DNA of 32,000 nt from Vibrio phage phi 3. The notes under the pieces were generated by a model. That model saw only the letters and a list, made by a program, of their open reading frames with translations, did no database searches and had not been told where the DNA came from. The position numbers and the translations under genes were made by a program. Location of the stretch: sequence record KP280063.1; one strand, given 5' to 3'. Below are positions 8,750 to 16,447 of the stretch, piece after piece (within the stretch, counting starts at the first letter, position 1; each line of letters starts with the position of its first letter).

Positions 8750-9102
8750 TTACTCACCTTCTCTAACTCAGCTAGCAGCTTTTCATAGTCTTCGTTAACT
8801 AATTTGACATATAATGTTGCTCGTTTTTCAGCAATAGCTGTAACTCTAGTCAGGTCTTTTGCAGCTCTCTGCCTAGACCTTAAGGCGTCCTCTTCTAATC
8901 GCTGTAGCTCCTGGTAATAGTCGCTAGCTTTTTGCTTATTAGCTTCCACCGCCTTAGACATTGTTGAGATAGTGTCCTCTAATGAAGTTACTTTCTCGTT
9001 TAATCTACCAACTTCTTTTGTTTGAGTGTAGGCCGCATACCCTGCGCCCGCCAGCAAAAGGAGAAGAACTCCAATAATTACGTATGTGTTAGGCATTTTC
9101 AA
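8746..9102 (-). CDS. i-spanin (N-terminal TMD plus coiled coil)
   Basis: TM helix YVIIGVLLLLLAGAGYAAY followed by a heptad-like charged helix. Confidence 0.7.
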   Translation of the reverse strand: MKMPNTYVIIGVLLLLLAGAGYAAYTQTKEVGRLNEKVTSLEDTISTMSKAVEANKQKASDYYQELQRLEEDALRSRQRAAKDLTRVTAIAEKRATLYVKLVNEDYEKLLAELEKVSK

Positions 9103-9352
9103 TTATCTCTACTAGTTTGTCACCATGACACGGTTGTGGCTTACAGTGACAGCCTAGCCTTTTACCTTTTAGACTTTTTAAGTAGTCTAAACTGATTCTA
9201 CCAGACTCTATCATAGCAGGTAAGTATTGCTCGTGATAAAGTCTAATATTTTCTAGCCTACCGTAGCTTGAGAAGGGGTTCCCCAAAGGAGACCCCCTAC
9301 CGATATAAACATCGTACTCTTCTGTTTTTACATTTACAATCTTAGTACTCAA
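9089..9352 (-). CDS. DUF4326-family protein
   Basis: VYIGRGSPLGNPF ... GKRLGCHCKPQPCHGDKL matches the DUF4326 signature as I remember it. Confidence 0.65.
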   Translation of the reverse strand: MSTKIVNVKTEEYDVYIGRGSPLGNPFSSYGRLENIRLYHEQYLPAMIESGRISLDYLKSLKGKRLGCHCKPQPCHGDKLVEIIENA

Positions 9353-9524
9353 CGCTGTAATCTCCTGTAGCAGCTAGCTCCTTGAACAGCTCTTTTGATA
9401 TAAGGTCTACTATATCGGACTGGAGGGAAGACAGATAAGCATCAAGCTCTTCCTCAGATAGAACCATTCTCCAGATGCTGTCACTACCATCATGTCTAAA
9501 GTAGTAGGACTTTTTCTTGCTCAT
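9342..9524 (-). CDS. hypothetical protein
   Basis: 60-aa ORF overlapping both neighbours by a few nt, which suggests coupled translation. Confidence 0.45.
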   Translation of the reverse strand: MSKKKSYYFRHDGSDSIWRMVLSEEELDAYLSSLQSDIVDLISKELFKELAATGDYSVEY

Positions 9525-9970
9525 TTTCTACCTCTGCCAAGCAATAGGAAGTAGGTGTAAGGACTACCTAACATCTCGTAAACGGAGTCTATATCTTTAC
9601 TAGATAAGAAACCTGGTTCGTCAATTATAACAAGTGATAATGGCCTAGTTCCAAGGCCGGACAGCCTAACCTTGTTGTCACAGGTACTTACTGACTTTGC
9701 AGGTAGTTCATACTGCTTAATGATGTGTTCTACCATCTGGTAGGAGTGCGGAATAATCAGCCTATTGTCAGGGTCTGCCGAAACTAGTGATGCTGCGAAG
9801 GTAGTCTTACCAGTCTGACGTCCAAAGTCTAGATGAATAGTATTGAACTGCTTACAGTACTCTACTACACCTGCATTGTAGAACCACTCTTCTACATTTG
9901 CCCTGCGTTTTAGTTCGTTGTTTGCGGATAATGCGGCGTCAAGCGCCATACCGTAGTAGGATATATCCAT
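9521..9970 (-). CDS. small P-loop NTPase
   Basis: Walker A motif GRQTGKTT and Walker B motif LVIIDEPG. 149 aa. Confidence 0.6.
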   Translation of the reverse strand: MDISYYGMALDAALSANNELKRRANVEEWFYNAGVVEYCKQFNTIHLDFGRQTGKTTFAASLVSADPDNRLIIPHSYQMVEHIIKQYELPAKSVSTCDNKVRLSGLGTRPLSLVIIDEPGFLSSKDIDSVYEMLGSPYTYFLLLGRGRK

Positions 9971-10031
9971 TATAATTACCTCTTGGTGTTACTATACTCC
10001 TGTTTCAATACAAACATAAGGTTCTCCAACC

Positions 10032-10107
10032 TGGCGCAGTGAGAGGGATTCGAACCCTCGCTACAAGCTTAGAAGGCTAGTGTTCTATCCGATTAAACTA
10101 TCACCGC
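10032..10107 (-). tRNA. tRNA-Arg (anticodon TCT)
   Basis: Hand-folded 76-nt cloverleaf. The acceptor stem is GCGGTGA/TCACTGC, the anticodon loop is CTTCTAA and the T-loop is TTCGAAT. CCA is encoded. Confidence 0.85.
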
Positions 10108-10113
10108 AAAATT

Positions 10114-10467
10114 TTAACTTTCGGCGTATTCCACTACTGGGTTACCATTTAGTGTCATAGCTACAGCATCAAAACGAGGATCAGTGCCTAGTAGCTTTTC
10201 AGCAGCAGATTGTAGTGAGTAAGCAAAAGTGCCACCGAGCCTGTGAAGTTCTCCACCTACTTCCACACATACTATGTATGGTCGGGAAGCTGCTCTTCGC
10301 ATGTTAGCCAGTATCTCTTCCATTTCTTTGTACTGAGCTGACTCACTGCCCAGGTTTTCTTTAGTAGAAAGCATACATAGCTGTACATAGGCTTGTTGAG
10401 CGTCAACGTCACCACTTAGAGCTTTTAATACATTTTGATTAATCATCTGTACTCCAAAGAGCTTCAC
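10114..10467 (-). CDS. hypothetical protein
   Basis: 117-aa ORF. An alternative start exists at Met8. Confidence 0.6.
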   Translation of the reverse strand: MKLFGVQMINQNVLKALSGDVDAQQAYVQLCMLSTKENLGSESAQYKEMEEILANMRRAASRPYIVCVEVGGELHRLGGTFAYSLQSAAEKLLGTDPRFDAVAMTLNGNPVVEYAES

Positions 10468-10642
10468 GCTCTACTACAAAACTATGGAGACTAGGCTCTT
10501 GGAACGGAGCGCTGAACAGCATCGTCTTTCCAATCTTGCCTAGAAATGCCCTATTACCTTTATGGTCAGGAAAGCACATATCAGCTTTCTGGAAAATCCA
10601 TTTTAGTCGCTTGTTATTGCGAGCTTTCAACTTTCGTTTCAT
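10439..10642 (-). CDS. hypothetical basic protein
   Basis: 67-aa ORF starting 17 nt after tRNA-His. It overlaps the next gene by 29 nt. Support is weak. Confidence 0.35.
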   Translation of the reverse strand: MKRKLKARNNKRLKWIFQKADMCFPDHKGNRAFLGKIGKTMLFSAPFQEPSLHSFVVEREALWSTDD

Positions 10643-10658
10643 ACATACCTCGTGTATC

Positions 10659-10735
10659 TGGGGTGATCGACGGGAATTGAACCCGTTTCCTCAGGGTCAC
10701 AACCTGAACATCATCCTGATAAATGCTTCGACCAC
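10659..10735 (-). tRNA. tRNA-His (anticodon GTG)
   Basis: The acceptor stem is GTGGTCG/CGATCAC, the discriminator is C and CCA is encoded. The anticodon arm is TCAGG-TTGTGAC-CCTGA and the T-arm is ACGGG-TTCAATT-CCCGT. The D-arm register is ambiguous. Confidence 0.8.
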
Positions 10736-10986
10736 ATTAAAATACTCTACACAGTACACTACAAGGCGGCCACTCCTTGCGTATGACCTGACCTCATTTA
10801 TTCAGGCTTTCATGAAGCATCGTTTCTAGCGTTAAACGTGCTACAAAGGCTTTCTGTTAACAGCAACCTGCTAGGGAGCTACTGTCTTCAAGAGCATTTT
10901 AATGTGTAAAGTCGAGAAAGGTTGTTCGTTCACTCGGACTACTTATTCGTCTCTCGCCGTTTTTTCTTTCTCAACTTTATTTAAGT

Positions 10987-11015
10987 ATTATACGCTAAAA
11001 TATAGCTTTTAGCAA
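10987..11015 (-). promoter_or_regulatory. sigma70-type promoter
   Basis: Minus strand reads TTGCTA, 17 nt, TATAAT. It fires into about 250 nt with no ORF, then tRNA-His. Confidence 0.7.
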
Positions 11016-11019
11016 TTTA

Positions 11020-11397
11020 TTATTTTAACGAATACGAGGAAGGGAAGTTGCTTTGAGCATCCAAGTCCTCGATAACTTGAACCTTGCCCATAAAGTCTAC
11101 AAACATGGCGTTCACAACATACGGGCAGAAACCAGGTTTAGGTTCGATAAACTTTGCAATAGCAGAGCACTGCTCTTCTGGTTCTTTGTCAAAATCAACA
11201 AACTCTTCCAATCCTAGATAGAACTGTGATTGGTTGATGAAATCAACCACGTACATCTCCGACACCACAATAGTTTCTGGTGAGGGCATCTCATCTGCTA
11301 GAGACGTAGTGTTTTCATAGTCAGGCTTATACGCGATAGTTACAACTAGCGACTGTAGCATACCTACAGGCATATATCCATTGATTTCTTTGGCCAT
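11020..11397 (-). CDS. hypothetical acidic protein
   Basis: 125 aa from ATG 11397 (the track uses GTG 11400). It is D/E-rich and probably co-transcribed with tRNA-Cys. Confidence 0.6.
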   Translation of the reverse strand: MAKEINGYMPVGMLQSLVVTIAYKPDYENTTSLADEMPSPETIVVSEMYVVDFINQSQFYLGLEEFVDFDKEPEEQCSAIAKFIEPKPGFCPYVVNAMFVDFMGKVQVIEDLDAQSNFPSSYSLK

Positions 11398-11423
11398 CAC
11401 ATTACTCTCTAGTCAGTAGATTT

Positions 11424-11500
11424 TGGAGGAGGATACCGGACTCGAACCGGCTAATTCAGGATTTGCAATCCAGTGCCTCGACCACTTCAGCTTATCACCC
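11424..11500 (-). tRNA. tRNA-Cys (anticodon GCA)
   Basis: The anticodon loop is TTGCAAA and the discriminator is T73, the Cys identity element. A G13:A22-type D-stem mismatch and T-loop TTCGAGT are present, and CCA is encoded. There is one acceptor mismatch (T4:C69). Confidence 0.8.
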
Positions 11501-11518
11501 TATCGAATTTATTTGATT

Positions 11519-11547
11519 ATTATACTAAATAATCACGCTATTAGCAA
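11519..11547 (-). promoter_or_regulatory. sigma70-type promoter
   Basis: Minus strand reads TTGCTA, 17 nt, TATAAT. The -10 ends 18 nt before the tRNA-Cys 5' end. Confidence 0.7.
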
Positions 11548-11550
11548 ATA

Positions 11551-11703
11551 CTATTTTTTAGCTTCTGCTAAACTTCTCAACTTAGCGGAGGCTTCCGCAT
11601 AGTTTTTAGCTGCATTTCTGCTAGCTACTTCGGCACGCTTAATATCCTTTCTAGCCTTCTGCAAGAGAAGGAAAGCGTTATGTGTTACTTCTTCTAGCGT
11701 CAT
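11551..11703 (-). CDS. small helical protein (50 aa)
   Basis: Hand-translated: MTLEEVTHNAFLLLQKARKDIKRAEVASRNAAKNYAEASAKLRSLAEAKK. A GGAGAG RBS lies 5 nt upstream. Confidence 0.4.
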   Translation of the reverse strand: MTLEEVTHNAFLLLQKARKDIKRAEVASRNAAKNYAEASAKLRSLAEAKK

Positions 11704-11713
11704 GGAAGCTCTC

Positions 11714-11986
11714 CTACCGGCTAATTAGCTTCATGTTGACAAGTTTATCGAGAAGCTCATAGTCCTCGTCACAAGGATATTGGATATTAGCTATGACCTG
11801 TTGGAAATCTTTCGCCAACTGCTCGGCATCAGGTCTTTCCAAGATAGACCAATTATCATGAGAATCCGCTATTTCTTTTTCTACTGCCCCTACAACAGAT
11901 ACAACCTCCTCTCGGTCTTCAGTACATTCAGTAGATACTAGTTCCAGCAGAGTGTGGAGTAAAGATAGTTCAATAGCTACTTTCAT
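11714..11986 (-). CDS. hypothetical acidic protein
   Basis: 90-aa ORF with its own promoter. Confidence 0.6.
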   Translation of the reverse strand: MKVAIELSLLHTLLELVSTECTEDREEVVSVVGAVEKEIADSHDNWSILERPDAEQLAKDFQQVIANIQYPCDEDYELLDKLVNMKLISR

Positions 11987-12019
11987 CTTCTAAGTTCCTT
12001 TTTCAAACTTTATGAAACT

Positions 12020-12048
12020 ATTATAAAGGAATAATACCTGTTTATCAA
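12020..12048 (-). promoter_or_regulatory. sigma70-type promoter
   Basis: Minus strand reads TTGATA, 17 nt, TATAAT. The -35 overlaps the stop of the upstream ORF. Confidence 0.7.
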
Positions 12049-12239
12049 GAAGAAAATTTAAGAAAATCAGTAACAAACTCTTGAGAAGTTGGTTTTCCTT
12101 TTTCTTCACAGGACTCGCAAACTACCTCACTGGTAGTTATCCACCGATCACGGGAACCGCGCGGCTTTACCGCTACGCGGTATGGAAAGCGCGGTTCCCC
12201 GAATAGAATCAATGAATTACAGTGTTTGCACTTCGACAC
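12045..12239 (-). CDS. putative zinc-ribbon protein
   Basis: 64 aa with a GTG start and weak RBS. It has CKHC ... CESC knuckles. A 48-nt GC-rich palindrome lies in-frame between the knuckles. Confidence 0.45.
   Translation of the reverse strand: MSKCKHCNSLILFGEPRFPYRVAVKPRGSRDRWITTSEVVCESCEEKGKPTSQEFVTDFLKFSS
12152..12199. repeat. nested GC-rich inverted repeat
   Basis: The outer perfect 11-bp arms are GGGAACCGCGC / GCGCGGTTCCC. The inner 6-bp hairpin is TACCGC-tac-GCGGTA. The total is 48 nt (16 codons). Confidence 0.8.
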
Positions 12240-12388
12240 TCTTCTTCCCGCAATAACCTAAATTGACACTCCGTAGCTAGGACGAAACGTCCGTCACTGA
12301 GCTGGATTATTAGCACTCCTGGCGCTTCATTGTCCTCTCGAACAATCACTCCACGAACAACTTTAGTCGTATCGTGGTTGAAACACAC
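12209..12388 (-). CDS. possible small protein (59 aa, GTG start)
   Basis: AAGGAG lies 7 nt before GTG 12388, giving (M)CFNHDTTKVVRGVIVREDNEAPGVLIIQLSDGRFVLATECQFRLLREEE... The frame has no ATG, stays open upstream to about 12466, and overlaps the next ORF by 31 nt. Confidence 0.3.
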   Translation of the reverse strand: MCFNHDTTKVVRGVIVREDNEAPGVLIIQLSDGRFVLATECQFRLLREEECRSANTVIH

Positions 12389-12461
12389 ATCAACGCTCCT
12401 TCCCAGCCAAGTACCCTGCTCAGGGAAGGTATCAAAACCTACATTTTTTACAACACCCGTA

Positions 12462-12827
12462 CTACACCATGACCTTAGCTGTTATTGCCCACATTATTGG
12501 CATGGTTTCATCCATAGTGGAGTAACCTTTACCTTTTAACCAAGCAATACACTCCGAAAATGGTGCTACTAAGTGTACCCGTTCGGGGGCGTCATACTCT
12601 ACTACACGATACATATCTTCACCAGAAGGACTGGTTAAGGCCTCGCTAGCCTGCTCCATCTTCATCAAATGAGAGACTACGATTTCTGTGTCCTTAGAGG
12701 TGTATGCCTTTAACTCAGATAATACTGAGTCACCGTTTTCATAGTCAATATACTCTAAGCAAAAGTCTAGCAGGTCTGCTCCATCTCGAATCACACTTAC
12801 TGGTACTACCACATTTTGATAACCCAC
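12462..12827 (-). CDS. hypothetical protein
   Basis: 121-aa ORF with GTG start. Confidence 0.6.
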   Translation of the reverse strand: MGYQNVVVPVSVIRDGADLLDFCLEYIDYENGDSVLSELKAYTSKDTEIVVSHLMKMEQASEALTSPSGEDMYRVVEYDAPERVHLVAPFSECIAWLKGKGYSTMDETMPIMWAITAKVMV

Positions 12828-12828
12828 C

Positions 12829-13131
12829 CTAGACTCCTTTTAGCTTCGCTACTTCTGCGTCTGTTAGAGATACGTAACCCGAACATATAGGCCTACGATT
12901 TGGCCTGTTTACCATTACTGGTACAAAGAACATATCTAGTATGTCGTTTTTCTCGATCCTACAGTAGTCGTAGTAGATACCAAACCTTTTTGCTGCGCGT
13001 GATATACGCTTGTGTTGCTTAATCGCTTTTTTGATTTCCAAAACGTGAAAAAGCTCTAGATCGTTTCTTTTTGCTAGGAGCAGTAGAGACGTAATTTTTG
13101 CTTTATTTCGTTTCGTCAGTTTTCTTTTCAT
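12829..13131 (-). CDS. hypothetical basic protein
   Basis: 100-aa ORF with a Lys/Arg-rich N-terminus (MKRKLTKRNKAK). Confidence 0.55.
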   Translation of the reverse strand: MKRKLTKRNKAKITSLLLLAKRNDLELFHVLEIKKAIKQHKRISRAAKRFGIYYDYCRIEKNDILDMFFVPVMVNRPNRRPICSGYVSLTDAEVAKLKGV

Positions 13132-13390
13132 GCTTATACTCCTGTTGCACTAGGGCAACATACCCACCTTCTACAGGGGTTACAAAGGCGTTTACGACAC
13201 GTTCACCCAAGTATGTTTTAATTGGGGGAGTTAATGGCAGTAACGCGCTAGCAATAGAGCAAAATTGGTCAAACGACACCCCAAATACTTCCTGAAGCTC
13301 TTCTTCAACCAGCTCTTCATCACTGTTCTCGTCCATACCTAGAACAGCTTCTGCTACACTATAGTATTCCCACCAGTCTGCTTTACTCAT
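13103..13390 (-). CDS. hypothetical acidic protein
   Basis: 95-aa ORF with a DENSDEELVEEELQE tract. Confidence 0.55.
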   Translation of the reverse strand: MSKADWWEYYSVAEAVLGMDENSDEELVEEELQEVFGVSFDQFCSIASALLPLTPPIKTYLGERVVNAFVTPVEGGYVALVQQEYKHEKKTDETK

Positions 13391-13647
13391 AGGATAATCT
13401 CCTTGTCTAATGCATTAATTGTGCTTCCCAAGAGAGCTATAGCCCATACTAGGGCGAAGCTATACAGAGGCACTGCTGTAACTGCACTAATATAAGTTAG
13501 TGCGCATGTCAAGAGCGTAGACACTGCCACAGCGGCTCTACGGTCTTTCTGCACAAAGTGCACATAAATTTTTTGGTATAAGAACATGCGCTCTATAACT
13601 TTATTATGTGAGGTTGATTTCTTCATGTAATTAAGTCCTCTTTTCAA
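13387..13647 (-). CDS. hypothetical membrane protein
   Basis: 86 aa with two hydrophobic helices, an AAGAGGA RBS and its own promoter. Confidence 0.55.
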   Translation of the reverse strand: MKRGLNYMKKSTSHNKVIERMFLYQKIYVHFVQKDRRAAVAVSTLLTCALTYISAVTAVPLYSFALVWAIALLGSTINALDKEIIL

Positions 13648-13658
13648 TTTATAAGTAA

Positions 13659-13687
13659 ATTATAAACTAAAAAGAGGATAGTTTCAA
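13659..13687 (-). promoter_or_regulatory. sigma70-type promoter
   Basis: Minus strand reads TTGAAA, 17 nt, TATAAT. Confidence 0.7.
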
Positions 13688-13688
13688 G

Positions 13689-14144
13689 TTAGAATTTTAC
13701 TAATCTAAACTCTAGGGTCACACCTTCTTCATAGACTAGGTGACTTGAAATTAGCTTGGCGCTATTTATCTTATCCATCACTCTTTGAGATAGGTAAACG
13801 TCCCCTGAGAAAGTACCATGAATAAGAGTTATAAACCCGAACTCACATAAATCTATTCCAGACTCTATTAACTGAGCACCACCAATAAGGTAGCAGTCTT
13901 TCTTGTAGTGAGGAAGAGTCTTCCAAGTATCGAAGCCTGGGTATAAAGCTCTACTCGTGGTTACTACAACGTTTCTTCTGTTAGGTAAAGGGAAAGCTGG
14001 ATGTTTAGCTGTGTTGCTTCCCATGATAATTGTGGAACCCTCAGTTAGATTCTTGAAGAACCTAAGGTCACTTGGGAAGTGCCAGGGCAGGCCGTTACCG
14101 GCCCCAATAAGGCCGGTAGGTGTCATTGCAATCACTAAATGCAT
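13689..14144 (-). CDS. frd: dihydrofolate reductase
   Basis: IAMTPTGLIGAGNGLPWHFPSDLRFFKNLT and IIMGSNT are DHFR signatures. The gene is adjacent to thyA. Confidence 0.85.
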   Translation of the reverse strand: MHLVIAMTPTGLIGAGNGLPWHFPSDLRFFKNLTEGSTIIMGSNTAKHPAFPLPNRRNVVVTTSRALYPGFDTWKTLPHYKKDCYLIGGAQLIESGIDLCEFGFITLIHGTFSGDVYLSQRVMDKINSAKLISSHLVYEEGVTLEFRLVKF

Positions 14145-14153
14145 AAAAGTACC

Positions 14154-15029
14154 TTACACACTAAATGGAATATCAATATGTTCTTGTGGAAAATAATCTG
14201 TAACAAGGAAATTGCTGGTCGTTACCCACGCCTCTAGATCTTCTAGAGATTCAATTGCTGGGTCAATCCAGAAAGTAGGAGGCTGTCGCTCTTCTCTATC
14301 TAACATTTCCATAACTGCTGGTATTTGGTCTTCATAAATGTGCGCATTTACTATCTTATGAAACGCTCTGCCAGGTTCTAGTCCAGTTATTTGAGCAACT
14401 ATAGCTAGGAATGCGTACACTTGTACCATGTTGAAGTTAAGTCCTAACGGTACGTCACAAGAGCGCTGAGTAGCGTTAAGGTACAGTTTACTATTTAGTA
14501 TAGAGAACTGGAAGTTGTACATACAAGGGCGTAGGCAGCCCTGGTCGAACTCGCCTGGATTCCAGTAGCTTAGAATTTCGCCACGGTCGTCAATCCCCTT
14601 TGAGAGATTATTGATAATCTTTTCTAGTTGGTCTACTGACCGTAGCCCACCATAGCCGTCGGGTGACGTCCAATTCCTTCCCTGTACCCCGTAAACACGC
14701 CCCATGTCGTCTTCACCGCGCCTGTGAGGGTTTTTCAACCAAGCCTCATTGATGTTCGCGTTAGCATCCCAGGTCTTCGTACCTAGGTTTCTGAAGTCTT
14801 CTGCGTTAGAATAGCCTCTAATGTACCCTAGCAGCTCTGCTACTGCGGACTTCCAGAAAGATTTTCTAAGGCTAAGCAAGGGGAACTCGCCCGCCCCTAC
14901 ATTATACTCTAGGTCATAGTTAATTACTGTTAGACAGCGCTTACCTGTGCGTTCGTTGTACACCCACTCACCATTTTCTAGGATGTGGCGTAGCAGCTGT
15001 TTATATTCGTAATCCATATTTTGCTCCAA
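14154..15029 (-). CDS. thyA: thymidylate synthase (ThyA family)
   Basis: WNPGE...[12 protein letters not shown] (catalytic Cys), [13 protein letters not shown] (Asn of the dUMP-specific type) and AHIYEDQ. Confidence 0.85.
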   Translation of the reverse strand: MEQNMDYEYKQLLRHILENGEWVYNERTGKRCLTVINYDLEYNVGAGEFPLLSLRKSFWKSAVAELLGYIRGYSNAEDFRNLGTKTWDANANINEAWLKNPHRRGEDDMGRVYGVQGRNWTSPDGYGGLRSVDQLEKIINNLSKGIDDRGEILSYWNPGEFDQGCLRPCMYNFQFSILNSKLYLNATQRSCDVPLGLNFNMVQVYAFLAIVAQITGLEPGRAFHKIVNAHIYEDQIPAVMEMLDREERQPPTFWIDPAIESLEDLEAWVTTSNFLVTDYFPQEHIDIPFSV

Positions 15030-15030
15030 T

Positions 15031-15055
15031 AAAAATGGGAGCTTATCGCTCCCAT
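15031..15055 (-). terminator. intrinsic terminator overlapping the end of the upstream ORF
   Basis: Minus strand reads ATGGGAGC-GATAA-GCTCCCAT followed by TTTTTATT. The stop codon of ORF 15043-15249 lies in the loop. Confidence 0.7.
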
Positions 15056-15249
15056 TGATGTCTAACCTTTCTCTGGTCTTTCCAAGATCTGCTTACTGTC
15101 CTAGCTGGGCAGTCGTAGTAAGCTAAGTCAGAAGTATATACGTCTGAGTTCTTAAAAGGTCTTCTTGTTATACCATACTCTTTACATACTTGGTCATTTA
15201 TTAGGTAACGATGCCAAGATGCTTTCAAGTTGTGACGTCTGTACGCCAT
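15043..15249 (-). CDS. hypothetical basic protein
   Basis: 68-aa ORF. Confidence 0.55.
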   Translation of the reverse strand: MAYRRHNLKASWHRYLINDQVCKEYGITRRPFKNSDVYTSDLAYYDCPARTVSRSWKDQRKVRHQWER

Positions 15250-15342
15250 AGTTGCCTCCGTTTATCGTCGAATCAAGACCGTAGACGTTACGGTCTATAT
15301 TCGAATAGGAGGCTTCAAGTGTCTCTTATTCAAGGCTAGTCC

Positions 15343-15618
15343 TTAGTTAGAGGAGTTTGAAAATTCTGCTACCATTTTACCAGCCGAGTTCATTACTCGG
15401 ATTACAGTAGAGCCTGTGAGTGGCCATGAATACTTTCCACCATCTGGGTCAACGCAGCTAAACTGATGGAACTTGAACTCTACTTCGTTCTCGTCTTCTG
15501 AACCTTCTTTCTGACCAACTACTGGTACAGTAGAAAAGTTTACCGCCTCAACGCAGAATAGTGCATCTAGGGAAAGCTCTGGGTACTTGTCTCTATTGGT
15601 TACTGTTACTGTGAACAT
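15343..15618 (-). CDS. hypothetical protein
   Basis: 91-aa ORF. Confidence 0.55.
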   Translation of the reverse strand: MFTVTVTNRDKYPELSLDALFCVEAVNFSTVPVVGQKEGSEDENEVEFKFHQFSCVDPDGGKYSWPLTGSTVIRVMNSAGKMVAEFSNSSN

Positions 15619-15623
15619 TTAAA

Positions 15624-15848
15624 CTACCGATATACGGGGTCTTTCCCGTCTTTGAAATGAACTTCATGCTTGCAAGCATATACAAAACCTGCCATACCTG
15701 GGGCATGGTACAGTATATCTTGTTCTGCTAATTCTTTACAGACTGGGCACTCGTCATATACGATCTTACGAAGTATAGGTAAACGCATGTTTTCTTCCAC
15801 ATCTACGTCTACGATGCCTTGATTGAAGGTTATCACTTTATGTATCAT
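15624..15848 (-). CDS. hypothetical Cys/His-containing protein
   Basis: 74-aa ORF with CPVC ... CKHEVH, a possible Zn site. Confidence 0.55.
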   Translation of the reverse strand: MIHKVITFNQGIVDVDVEENMRLPILRKIVYDECPVCKELAEQDILYHAPGMAGFVYACKHEVHFKDGKDPVYR

Positions 15849-15866
15849 ACGATTGACCTTATAAAT

Positions 15867-15954
15867 TGGCAGAGAGCAGCAGAATCGAACTGCAACCGTT
15901 TCCAGTCACTTCGCTTAGCAGGCGAGCCTAACCACCTTGGCTAGATTACTCTCT
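15867..15954 (-). tRNA. tRNA-Ser (anticodon GCT), type II
   Basis: 88 nt. The acceptor stem is AGAGAGT/GCTCTCT, the anticodon loop is CTGCTAA and the T-loop is TTCGATT. It has a long variable arm, and CCA is encoded. Confidence 0.8.
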
Positions 15955-15989
15955 AAAAGTAAAGCCAGATAGATTCTGGCTTTAGTATA

Positions 15990-16065
15990 TGGCGCGGCTA
16001 CTAGGATTCTAACCTAGACGAACTCCTTCGTAGGGAGTCATGCTATACAGTTACATCATACCCGC
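15990..16065 (-). tRNA. tRNA-Arg (anticodon ACG), atypical D/T loops
   Basis: The anticodon arm is ACTCC-CTACGAA-GGAGT. The T-loop is TTAGAAT rather than TTCRANT, and the D-loop (AACTGTATA) has no GG. There is one G:G acceptor mismatch, and CCA is encoded. Confidence 0.7.
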
Positions 16066-16071
16066 AAGAAT

Positions 16072-16147
16072 TGGTGCAGAGGACTGGAGTTGAACCAGTG
16101 ACACCAGGATCTTCAATCCCGTGCTCTACCTACTGAGCTACCACTGC
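16072..16147 (-). tRNA. tRNA-Phe (anticodon GAA)
   Basis: GCAGTGG TA GCTC AGTAGGTA GAGC, anticodon loop TTGAAGA, T-loop TTCAACT. CCA is encoded. Confidence 0.85.
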
Positions 16148-16321
16148 ATTGTCACGTACACAACGGAACATTACTTGTTCGTTGGTTTTCTCTACTTCTT
16201 GAAGTCTGCCAGACTTTACTAGACGATAGCATTGCTGGCGCAGCTTATCTTGAGATTTCTTAAAACGGTTTACTACAAACACTTTATCAGTGGCTAGTTT
16301 TAGAAGTTTCTCAGTTTTCAT
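16130..16321 (-). CDS. hypothetical protein (3' end overlaps tRNA-Phe)
   Basis: 63-aa ORF. The last 18 nt lie inside the tRNA-Phe 5' half, and the RBS is poorly placed. Confidence 0.4.
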   Translation of the reverse strand: MKTEKLLKLATDKVFVVNRFKKSQDKLRQQCYRLVKSGRLQEVEKTNEQVMFRCVRDNAVVAQ

Positions 16322-16447
16322 ATATACTTATACTCCAAGTAGTTTATTTTTAATGAGGCCGAGTTACTACGATCCTTTGGTGTTATCCGGCGAATTACGA
16401 TTCTTATCCGGTACTCGGCAAGCAGTAAAGGCGCTGCTATCGCGATT

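Noticed and set aside
9971-10031. Candidate promoter upstream of the P-loop gene (TTATGT, 17 nt, TATAGT).
   Set aside because: The -35 is poor. Transcription is more simply explained by read-through from the tRNA-Arg(TCT) unit.
15250-15342. Stem-loop AGACCGTA-gacgt-TACGGTCT between two small ORFs, considered as a terminator.
   Set aside because: There is no U-tract on the minus strand. It may be an RNA stability or processing element, but the evidence is too thin to annotate.
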